Positions 47,980-55,993 of a DNA stretch of 64,000 bases are shown here, one piece after another. Within the stretch, counting starts at the first letter, position 1; every line of letters starts with the position of its first letter. A model generated the notes under the pieces. It made no database searches. It was not told the DNA's origin and saw only the letters and a list, made by a program, of their open reading frames with translations. The DNA lies in IMG/VR virus record IMGVR_UViG_3300025137_000028, positions 9,931 to 73,930 of that record; one strand, 5' to 3'. Source of the DNA: a virus. The translations under genes and the position numbers were made by a program.

Positions 47980-48771
47980 ATGTTTAGTTATCTCGGTGGT
48001 AAAAAATTTCAAGCCAAATGGATTGGCTCACACTTTCCTACATCTAAAAAATATGTTGAACCTTTTGGTGGTGCTTTTTGGGTATATTTTCAAAATGGCA
48101 TAGAGTTTGATAAGAACGTTTATAACGACTACAATAGATTTTTAACTAATATATTTTACTGTGCTAGAAATAAAACTAATCAATTTGTAAAAGAATTAAA
48201 AAAATATGAAACACAAAAAAGAGATTTATTTGAACAGATAAAAGATGAATTAGTACCCTTAAACTACAACTTTGAATTAGGTGATGTAGAAAAGGCAGCG
48301 AAATATCTTTATATAGAATTAAATACTTTTAGTGGTTTAACAATAGAAAAAGCAAAATTTGTTGATTTAAAAGGTAAGTATAAATCAAAGTACACACAAT
48401 TTATAGAAAAAGTTATACATCCTAGATGGCAGTATAAACTACAAACAATTACTAATATAGAAAATCAATCATTTCAAAACTGTATATTAGAACATGATAC
48501 ACCAGATACTCTTTTTTATTGTGATCCACCTTACTTTAAAAAAGAATCATACTATACAAAAGACTTTCCTCAAACCGAACACAAAAAACTTGCTAAGTTA
48601 TTAAAGTCAATCAAAGGTAAATTTGTGTTGTCTTATTATGAATTTGATGACTTAGAAAAATGGTTTCCTAAAGATCAATATACTTGGCAGGAACGAGAGT
48701 TTAATAAACAAAACAGTAGTAAAAAAGTAAATACTGACAAAGGTAAAGAAATTATTATAATGAATTTCTAG
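47980..48771 (+). CDS. dam: DNA adenine methyltransferase (Dam/D12 family)
   Basis: YLGGK, YVEPFGG and YCDPPY motifs; target sequence unknown. Confidence 0.9.
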   Translation: MFSYLGGKKFQAKWIGSHFPTSKKYVEPFGGAFWVYFQNGIEFDKNVYNDYNRFLTNIFYCARNKTNQFVKELKKYETQKRDLFEQIKDELVPLNYNFELGDVEKAAKYLYIELNTFSGLTIEKAKFVDLKGKYKSKYTQFIEKVIHPRWQYKLQTITNIENQSFQNCILEHDTPDTLFYCDPPYFKKESYYTKDFPQTEHKKLAKLLKSIKGKFVLSYYEFDDLEKWFPKDQYTWQEREFNKQNSSKKVNTDKGKEIIIMNF

Positions 48772-48774
48772 TTA

Positions 48775-48782
48775 TATAAATA
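48775..48782 (+). promoter_or_regulatory. T4-type late promoter
   Basis: TATAAATA 5 nt before ATG 48788. Confidence 0.7.
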
Positions 48783-48787
48783 TTGCT

Positions 48788-50077
48788 ATGATTAGTTTCA
48801 AGCAGTATTTAAAAGACGAAAAATTTGATAGACTTTCTGAGTTAGAAGAAGGATTATTCAGTGGTTTTATCTCTTTTATAAGAAGTGCTTTTAACAAAGT
48901 TGTTAATGCTTTTAAGTCAGCATTTAGAGCCATTGCTTCTAAACTAGGTTTTGGGCAAACTATATCTATGAAAATAAGTACAGGATTAACTGAAGCAAAT
49001 GAGACAGGACAAGATAGTAAATCCAGACTAGGTTACTATTCAGAATATGTTTGTGGTGTTGAATTAGCAAAACTTATTGAAAGTAGAGACTTAAAATTAC
49101 CTAGTTCTTCAACAAGTAATTCACTTAATAAAGTTAGACAAAATTTTGTAAATACTAAACTAAAAACTTTATCTAACTTTAAATCATTAAGTTCAGAAAT
49201 TAAAAGAATGGAAGACGCTGGTAGGGCGATGGCAGATAAGATATTCTCTGACATGTTAACTGAAACAGCAGATTTAAAAGTAACACAATTTGATATTACT
49301 TTAACAGGTGATAGTTTAAAAGGTACTGGTAAAGCAGACATAGTATTAAGAGCTAGAAAAAAATCTAAGAACGAGATAGTGGCAGAAATCGCTGCTTCTT
49401 TAAAAGCATACAGAGGTGCTTCAATCAATCTAGCAAACTCAACATTAATTAGTTTCTTTGCTTCACTTACAGGTGATAAACAGTTTACTTCAAAAGCATT
49501 AGAGAAGTCTCAAACTATTATATTTGACAGTATGGTAAAAGCTGCTGTATCAGATGGCATGAGTAAAGCAGAAGCGATAGAGTTTCTAGCAAAGAAAACT
49601 TTAAATGCTACAGAGAAAAAGAAATTTAAAAAATATAAAGACTTTGGTCGTAAAGTTTCTAAAGAATCACAAATCAATACTGCTAAAATAATAGTAGATG
49701 AATTTAATAAGATATACAAATCAAGTAAAGCAAAAATTAATACTAACTTAATTAAACTGATAGGTATGGACGGCGAAGATGATTTTTATGCTGCTATAGG
49801 CGAGGGTAAAAAGATGAGAGTTATATCATCTAAACAAAGTCCTGACATGAAAAAGTTTGTAAAAGACATTAGAAATAAAAATTTAAATGTAACAATGGTA
49901 CCAAAACCTGGTTCTGCTGGCAGAGCTAGTGTATCAGTTACATTATCAATAGGTACAGAAATACTTACAACATCATCATTAACTATGACCGATACAGGCA
50001 TAGGTAGTGCTGGTATGACTAAATCAAAAGGTGCGATAAAAACTAACTTTTGGTTTAACTTTAATGACATTGCCTAA
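48788..50077 (+). CDS. Hypothetical protein, possible PD-(D/E)XK nuclease with an internal-head-protein-like N-terminus
   Basis: MISFKQYL..E start; GYYSE...KADIVL...ASLK spacing is restriction-endonuclease-like. Confidence 0.5.
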   Translation: MISFKQYLKDEKFDRLSELEEGLFSGFISFIRSAFNKVVNAFKSAFRAIASKLGFGQTISMKISTGLTEANETGQDSKSRLGYYSEYVCGVELAKLIESRDLKLPSSSTSNSLNKVRQNFVNTKLKTLSNFKSLSSEIKRMEDAGRAMADKIFSDMLTETADLKVTQFDITLTGDSLKGTGKADIVLRARKKSKNEIVAEIAASLKAYRGASINLANSTLISFFASLTGDKQFTSKALEKSQTIIFDSMVKAAVSDGMSKAEAIEFLAKKTLNATEKKKFKKYKDFGRKVSKESQINTAKIIVDEFNKIYKSSKAKINTNLIKLIGMDGEDDFYAAIGEGKKMRVISSKQSPDMKKFVKDIRNKNLNVTMVPKPGSAGRASVSVTLSIGTEILTTSSLTMTDTGIGSAGMTKSKGAIKTNFWFNFNDIA

Positions 50078-50083
50078 CCAGCA

Positions 50084-50112
50084 TTGACTTTTATTATGAC
50101 CTGTGATATATT
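50084..50112 (+). promoter_or_regulatory. Sigma70-type promoter of the gp45 operon
   Basis: TTGACT-N17-TATATT with TG extension. Confidence 0.7.
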
Positions 50113-50120
50113 AATAGATT

Positions 50121-50387
50121 ATGAAATACAATGAAGATAAAATCTTAAAAGAGATAGACGAATATATTAAATCTACTTATGGTCAGCATTACTCAAAAGG
50201 TAAAGATGGCTTTCAAGTTTTAGATTTACTTAAAACTCTCAACGTAGGACAAGATTTTTGTCATGCTAACGCAATTAAATATTTGTGTAGGTATGGTAAG
50301 AAGAACGGCCATAATAGAGCTGACTTATTAAAAGCAGTTCATTATGTAATATTATTATTAAATTATGATAAGGAGAAGGTGAAATGA
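50121..50387 (+). CDS. DUF3310-like conserved phage protein
   Basis: TYGQHY, NAIKYLCRYGKKNG and DLLKAVHY motifs. Confidence 0.8.
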   Translation: MKYNEDKILKEIDEYIKSTYGQHYSKGKDGFQVLDLLKTLNVGQDFCHANAIKYLCRYGKKNGHNRADLLKAVHYVILLLNYDKEKVK

Positions 50388-51043
50388 ACATAAGCACAGA
50401 TACAATTGCTGTACTGAAAAATTTTTCAGACATTAATCAAAACATATTGATTAAACCAGGTAATGTGGTACAGACAATTTCTACAATGAAGAATATTTTA
50501 GCAGAGGCTGAAATAACAGAAAAATTTGATAGTGAGTTTGCTATCTATGATTTACCTGAATTTTTAAGATCAGTTGAATTATTTGATAAACCACAACTTA
50601 AATTTAATGGCGAATCAAATGTTAAAATTGAGAGTGGCGCTCAATCAGTAAAATACTTTTTTGCTGATAAATCAGTTATAGTTGCTCCTAAGAAAAGCAT
50701 TAATATGCCTGATAAACATGTTACATTTACTTTGAAAAAAGATGTGTTTACTCAGTTAATGAAAGGTGCTACAACACTTAACTTACCAGACATTGCTGTT
50801 AAAGGTGATGGTAGTAAGATTACATTAGTCGCTACTGATAAGAAAAACAAATCATCAAACGATTATTCATTAGTTATAGGTGAAACAGATAAAGAATTTT
50901 CTGCTTTCTTTAAAACAGAAAACTTTAAACAAGTTGTTGATGATTATGATGTAGCTATTTCTAAACAAAAAATATCACATTTTGTTAATAGAAATAAATC
51001 AATACAATATTGGATTGCTTTAGAACCTGATTCAGAGTTTTAA
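50384..51043 (+). CDS. gp45: Sliding clamp gp45
   Basis: LKNFSDINQ, FAIYDL.EFL and YWIALE motifs. Confidence 0.95.
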   Translation: MNISTDTIAVLKNFSDINQNILIKPGNVVQTISTMKNILAEAEITEKFDSEFAIYDLPEFLRSVELFDKPQLKFNGESNVKIESGAQSVKYFFADKSVIVAPKKSINMPDKHVTFTLKKDVFTQLMKGATTLNLPDIAVKGDGSKITLVATDKKNKSSNDYSLVIGETDKEFSAFFKTENFKQVVDDYDVAISKQKISHFVNRNKSIQYWIALEPDSEF

Positions 51044-51046
51044 ATT

Positions 51047-51565
51047 ATGAGAGTTGATTTATTTTCAACTCCCATATTGATAGATGACTTTGATATTACT
51101 AAGTTAAAATTTGTAGAAGAAGGTCAGCAAACCCAATTTGGCAGTGAAATAAAAACCAGTCATGGTTTTACTAACATTATAGAAAAAGATAGTTTAGATT
51201 ATTTCTACAATAAGATAGTAAGTAATTTAGATCAAGTTATTTCCCAATCATATCATGTTAAAGCAGATAATATATGGCGTAACTACTATAAAGAAGGTGA
51301 CTGGCAAGAAAAACACACCCATATAGGTTCTGACTTTTCATTTATAATTTATGATAGTGTAAAGTCTAATACTTGGTTTGTTCACCCAGCACACTATTTA
51401 ATACAAGAAAAATATAAAGATAAAAAACTATTTGATACAGAGGTAAAACCTCATATCAATTATGGTCAGATTTGTATTTTTCCTAGTTACTTAGAGCATT
51501 ATGTGTCTAAAGCTGAAAGTCAATCAACAACTATATCAGGTAATTTAAGTATAGAAATAAAATGA
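51047..51565 (+). CDS. 2OG-Fe(II) oxygenase
   Basis: W.N.Y...QEKHTH..SFIIY...FPSYLEH.V...TISGN. Confidence 0.75.
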   Translation: MRVDLFSTPILIDDFDITKLKFVEEGQQTQFGSEIKTSHGFTNIIEKDSLDYFYNKIVSNLDQVISQSYHVKADNIWRNYYKEGDWQEKHTHIGSDFSFIIYDSVKSNTWFVHPAHYLIQEKYKDKKLFDTEVKPHINYGQICIFPSYLEHYVSKAESQSTTISGNLSIEIK

Positions 51566-52899
51566 GTTTATACGATTTTGATAACCCTACAGCAAAGACT
51601 AAAAGAATATTAGTCTATCCTAATATTACTTTTGCTAAAGATTTATCTAAAGATAGTTATATTCAAGTAATTAAAAAACACATAACATTGTTAAATGAAA
51701 TAAGAGACGATCTCTGGTTTTATTTAATATTACCTAAAGAGGTGCCAGAGTTAGCATTTGATAATGTTACACAATTGTTTTTAGATTTGCCTACTCACCC
51801 TCCTACTATGAGGGCACATTTTGATTCACAAGCTATTAAAAAACTTGTACCTAAAAACATAGATATAGACTTGGTCATGTCACATCTACCAGAACATACC
51901 TATGACTTAAAAAATGTTTTGTATAATGTAACTAATCATGTACCTAAATTTTTTGGTTACTGTCATTGGTTTGATTTAAAAGCAGTAGCAAACTGGCATA
52001 TGAATAGTTTTAAAAAGAATATTGTAGGTGTTTTAGAAATGGATAGATGTTATTTAAATACAGAGAGTCAAAAGAAATTAGTTATTGAAGAAGCAAAAGA
52101 AACTTTTAGTGACAGAGTAATATGGGATTTAGATAAAAAATTAACAGTTCAACATTTAGGTGTAGATGAAAAAGATATTGTAAAAGATATAAAAAGAGTA
52201 GAAGAAAAAATTATAGTATTCAATCATAGACCAGACACATACAAACATTACAAAGAATTTTTAAAAGTATGTGATAAACTATATGAACAAAGACAAGATT
52301 TTAAAGTGTGGGTACCTTTGGCAAGTAAAGCAGATAGAGAATATATAACAACTGAAAGTGGTGATAAAGATTTTTATTATAAAAAACTACAAGATTGTTA
52401 CATAGGTTATTCACCTAAACAATCTTATGGTGGGTGGTCTGTTGCGACAACAGATGGTATGATGAATGGTATACCTTATTTAATGTATGACGCTGACTAT
52501 TACAGAGAGTTATGGGATAAGGGTGTCTTTGTAAAAAATGATGATGAATTATTAGAAAAATTAAACTTCTATTTAGATAATGAATATAATAGAAATGTTT
52601 TAGCAGATGAAAGTTTACAACACATAAGATATAGATTAATTTTTAAAGACGAAGTAAAACAAATGAGTGATTACATAGATGAATTACATGATACTTTACC
52701 TAAGGTAAAAACCTCAGAAAAGATAAAAGAGATTATAAGTTGGATACAAAAAGAAAAACGTGTATCTAAAAGTGAAATTATGAAGAGATTAGGTTGGGGA
52801 GTAGGTATTAAGTGGACACAATATCGTGCCACACTATTGACTCACCCTAACATTTATGATATACTATCAAAAGATCCTGTATATTGTTGGATCGATTAA
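51562..52899 (+). CDS. GT-B glycosyltransferase with a possible C-terminal winged helix
   Basis: IVFNHR...K and YGGWSVATTDGMMNG.P resemble GT4 donor-binding motifs. Confidence 0.7.
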   Translation: MSLYDFDNPTAKTKRILVYPNITFAKDLSKDSYIQVIKKHITLLNEIRDDLWFYLILPKEVPELAFDNVTQLFLDLPTHPPTMRAHFDSQAIKKLVPKNIDIDLVMSHLPEHTYDLKNVLYNVTNHVPKFFGYCHWFDLKAVANWHMNSFKKNIVGVLEMDRCYLNTESQKKLVIEEAKETFSDRVIWDLDKKLTVQHLGVDEKDIVKDIKRVEEKIIVFNHRPDTYKHYKEFLKVCDKLYEQRQDFKVWVPLASKADREYITTESGDKDFYYKKLQDCYIGYSPKQSYGGWSVATTDGMMNGIPYLMYDADYYRELWDKGVFVKNDDELLEKLNFYLDNEYNRNVLADESLQHIRYRLIFKDEVKQMSDYIDELHDTLPKVKTSEKIKEIISWIQKEKRVSKSEIMKRLGWGVGIKWTQYRATLLTHPNIYDILSKDPVYCWID

Positions 52900-52918
52900 T
52901 TGAAAAGGAGTTTATATT

Positions 52919-53863
52919 ATGTCAGATTTTTTATGGGTTGAAAAGTATCGACCTAAAAAAATTAGTGATTGTATTCTTACACAAGAACTGAAAGATACAT
53001 TTACAAAATTTTTAGAACAAAAAGAAATACCTAATTTACTATTATCAGGTACAGCAGGTACAGGTAAAACTACTGTTGCTCGTGCTTTATGTGAAGAGTT
53101 AGGTACAGATTACATTATCATTAATGGTTCAGATGAAGGTAGACAGATTGATACACTTAGAAGTAAGATCAAAAACTTTGCCGCCACTGTATCACTTACC
53201 GAAGACGCCAATCATAAAGTTGTAATTATAGACGAGGCAGATTACATGAATGCTGACAGTGTTCAACCTGCTTTAAGAAACTTTATAGAAACATTTTATA
53301 ATAACTGTAGATTTATATTTACTTGTAATTATAAGAACAAAATTATACCAGCCTTACATAGTCGTTGTACAGTTATTGATTTTAAAATTGTAAATGGTCA
53401 AAGAGTTAAAACTGCTACTGCCTTTCTTAAAAGACTAGAGGGTATTCTAAATGATGAACAAGTAGGTTTTGATAAGAAAGTATTAGCAGAGTTAATACAA
53501 AAATATTATCCTGACTTTAGAAGAACAATAAACGAGTTACAAAGATATGCTGTAAGAGGTAAGATAGACAGTGGTATTTTGTTTAGTTTATCTGAGGTAA
53601 ATCATAAAGAGTTAATGCTGACTTTAAAAGAAAAACGTTTTAATGATATGAGAAAATGGGTTGTACAAAACTTAGACAAAGAACCATCACATTTATTTAG
53701 AACCATTTATGATGTATTGTATAAAGAATTAGATCCTAAGGCAGTACCACAAGCAATATTAATTATTGCTGGCTATCAATATAAAGCTGCCTTTGTTGCT
53801 GACCAAGAGATTAATATGGTCGCATGTTTAACTGAAATAATGGCGAGTTGTAAGTTTAGGTAA
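52919..53863 (+). CDS. gp44: Clamp loader large subunit gp44
   Basis: WVEKYRP, GTGKTT, DEAD and SRC motifs. Confidence 0.97.
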   Translation: MSDFLWVEKYRPKKISDCILTQELKDTFTKFLEQKEIPNLLLSGTAGTGKTTVARALCEELGTDYIIINGSDEGRQIDTLRSKIKNFAATVSLTEDANHKVVIIDEADYMNADSVQPALRNFIETFYNNCRFIFTCNYKNKIIPALHSRCTVIDFKIVNGQRVKTATAFLKRLEGILNDEQVGFDKKVLAELIQKYYPDFRRTINELQRYAVRGKIDSGILFSLSEVNHKELMLTLKEKRFNDMRKWVVQNLDKEPSHLFRTIYDVLYKELDPKAVPQAILIIAGYQYKAAFVADQEINMVACLTEIMASCKFR

Positions 53864-53867
53864 GACT

Positions 53868-53975
53868 ATGCCTCATAAAAAAAATCCTATAGCAAAAGAA
53901 GTAAGAACACCTAAGTATAAACCAAGAGTAGTAAAACCTAAAAAAGGTAAAGGTAGTTTTAAAAGAAAAAAGTAA
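53868..53975 (+). CDS. arfA: ArfA-like alternative ribosome-rescue factor (35 aa, not in ORF track)
   Basis: MPHKKNPIAKEVRTPKYKPRVVKPKKGKGSFKRKK carries the ArfA core N.I......P....RV...KKGKGS(Y/F).RK; its stop overlaps the next ATG. Confidence 0.72.
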   Translation: MPHKKNPIAKEVRTPKYKPRVVKPKKGKGSFKRKK

Positions 53976-54601
53976 TGATAGAAAAAGAAGTAATAAATGA
54001 AATGAAAGAGTTACAACCCTTTCACAAAGAGAACCTTATAAAAGGTTTATATTCTTGGCAAGAGTTTGAACAACTGATTAATTTAAGACCATTTGTAAAC
54101 AGTAAAAGATTTCATATAATTACAGATAAGATATTTAATTGGCAATCTAGTTTTTGGGCGTCTGATAAATTCTCATATCCAGTAGATTTAGTTGTAGATG
54201 AAACACAAAACAACATGGCATATTTAAGTGATTGTAGTAGAGCAAGTAAAAATATTAATGCTGTTTGTGAATGGCTAGAATATAGATTAAAAATGCCAAC
54301 AGACGCACACATTTATTTTTCGTTAAATAAAGAAAGTAAATCTTTTGATAAACATATAGATGAAGCACACAATCTTATTGTACAGATAGAAGGTCAAACT
54401 AGATTTAAGATATATAACTTAGAAGATGATTTAATAATAGACAAAGTATTAAGTAAGAATGACGCTGTGTTTATACCTAAAGGATATGCTCATCAAGCAG
54501 AGTCACTAAATAAAAGATTATCAATTAGTTTTCCTATGAAACCTGGTGATAGTAAAGAACAAGAATTTGAAAGTAGAAAATGGATAGAGTTCAACGAATA
54601 G
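53975..54601 (+). CDS. JmjC/cupin 2OG oxygenase (YcfD/RoxA-like)
   Basis: HIY.S...SFDKHID...LIVQIEG...F.IY and FIPKG.AH.A...S.SF match the cupin_4 pattern. Confidence 0.75.
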   Translation: MIEKEVINEMKELQPFHKENLIKGLYSWQEFEQLINLRPFVNSKRFHIITDKIFNWQSSFWASDKFSYPVDLVVDETQNNMAYLSDCSRASKNINAVCEWLEYRLKMPTDAHIYFSLNKESKSFDKHIDEAHNLIVQIEGQTRFKIYNLEDDLIIDKVLSKNDAVFIPKGYAHQAESLNKRLSISFPMKPGDSKEQEFESRKWIEFNE

Positions 54602-55167
54602 AATATTGGCACTGGTCAGCTGGCGAAATCTTTAACACAAATTATTTTGAAGGTCCAGATGATATAAAACAACTTCACAGTGTTATTAAAGATAATTTAA
54701 ACAAAGACATAAAAGATTTACCTGCTAGTGGTGTGCCAAAAACTTCTAAAGTAGATTTTATTTCATACAAACCATTACGACCATACCTTATTAATTTAGA
54801 ACAAAGAATTAAATGGTGTAACAATGAACACTTTGGTTTTAATTTACATGAATTTACAGATTTTGATTCAGTACATCTAAATACATATAGCTCATCAAAC
54901 TCTGGCGAGTATGGTTGGCATAGTGATGTAGCAGATGGTGATAAACCGTGGGATATAAAATTTACAGTATTGATAAATGTATCGCAAAATTCTTATACAG
55001 GTGGTGACTTTCAGTTTATGTTAAATGGCGAACAAGATGTACCTGAGTTTAAAAACTGTGGTGATGTAATTATGTTTAGATCACACTTACAACATAGAGT
55101 AAAACCTATGATATTAGGTGAAAGACAAACATTATCTTTATTTGTGATAGGACCTAAATTTCAATGA
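54580..55167 (+). CDS. 2OG-Fe(II) oxygenase (prolyl-4-hydroxylase-like)
   Basis: EYGWHSD, GGDF and F.S...HRVKP...GER motifs. Confidence 0.85.
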   Translation: MDRVQRIEYWHWSAGEIFNTNYFEGPDDIKQLHSVIKDNLNKDIKDLPASGVPKTSKVDFISYKPLRPYLINLEQRIKWCNNEHFGFNLHEFTDFDSVHLNTYSSSNSGEYGWHSDVADGDKPWDIKFTVLINVSQNSYTGGDFQFMLNGEQDVPEFKNCGDVIMFRSHLQHRVKPMILGERQTLSLFVIGPKFQ

Positions 55168-55559
55168 GTTATGAATTAAAAGATTATCTGAACGCAATCA
55201 ACTTTTCAAAAGTTAATTTACTAGATACAGATGACGAGACGTGGGCAAAGAAATATCCACCTTATGTAATTAATAAGTGCTTGTCTATGTTCTATGATTG
55301 TATCGCACAAGCAAATGAAATGAATGGCTATCACTTCTTAGATAAGAAAGTTCAGTTTCATTTTTACATAAATAGTATCAGAAAAAGAAAGCGATTTGGT
55401 GGTAAGTGGCTATCACAAGCCAAATTGAAGAATTTAGAGTATGTAAAAGAGTATTATGGATATAGCAATGAGAAGGCTAAGGACGCTCTCAATATACTTA
55501 CAGAAAAACAAATTGAAGTTATTAAAGAATCCTTGAATAAAGGTGGGAGAACAAAATGA
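55164..55559 (+). CDS. gp62: Clamp loader small subunit gp62
   Basis: YPPYVINKCLS, RKRKRF and YYGYSNEKA motifs. Confidence 0.93.
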   Translation: MSYELKDYLNAINFSKVNLLDTDDETWAKKYPPYVINKCLSMFYDCIAQANEMNGYHFLDKKVQFHFYINSIRKRKRFGGKWLSQAKLKNLEYVKEYYGYSNEKAKDALNILTEKQIEVIKESLNKGGRTK

Positions 55560-55993
55560 GTGAAGAGATAAAATGGTCGCCTGAGAGTATGTTAGAGGTA
55601 ACAATCAAACAACCAGACGACTTCTTAAAAATTAGAGAGACACTTACGAGAATAGGTGTTGCCAGTAGAAAAGATAAGACACTATATCAATCGTGTCACA
55701 TATTACACAAACAAGGTAAATACTTTATAACACATTTTAAAGAATTGTTTGCCTTAGATGGAAAAAAATCAACGTTAGTTGTTAATGATATTCAAAGAAG
55801 AAACACTATAGCAATATTATTACAAGATTGGAATTTGATAGATATAGTTGATAAATCTAACACGGAAGATAAAGCACCTTTATCACAAATAAAAGTATTA
55901 CCTTTTAAAGAAAAACCAGAGTGGACTTTATCAGCAAAATATAATATTGGTAAAAAAGTAGAGACTAATGAAGAAGTTAAAGATGAGAAATAA
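55556..55993 (+). CDS. regA: Translational repressor RegA
   Basis: DDFLKIRETLTRIG and QSCHILHKQG.YFI.HFKELF motifs. Confidence 0.96.
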   Translation: MSEEIKWSPESMLEVTIKQPDDFLKIRETLTRIGVASRKDKTLYQSCHILHKQGKYFITHFKELFALDGKKSTLVVNDIQRRNTIAILLQDWNLIDIVDKSNTEDKAPLSQIKVLPFKEKPEWTLSAKYNIGKKVETNEEVKDEK

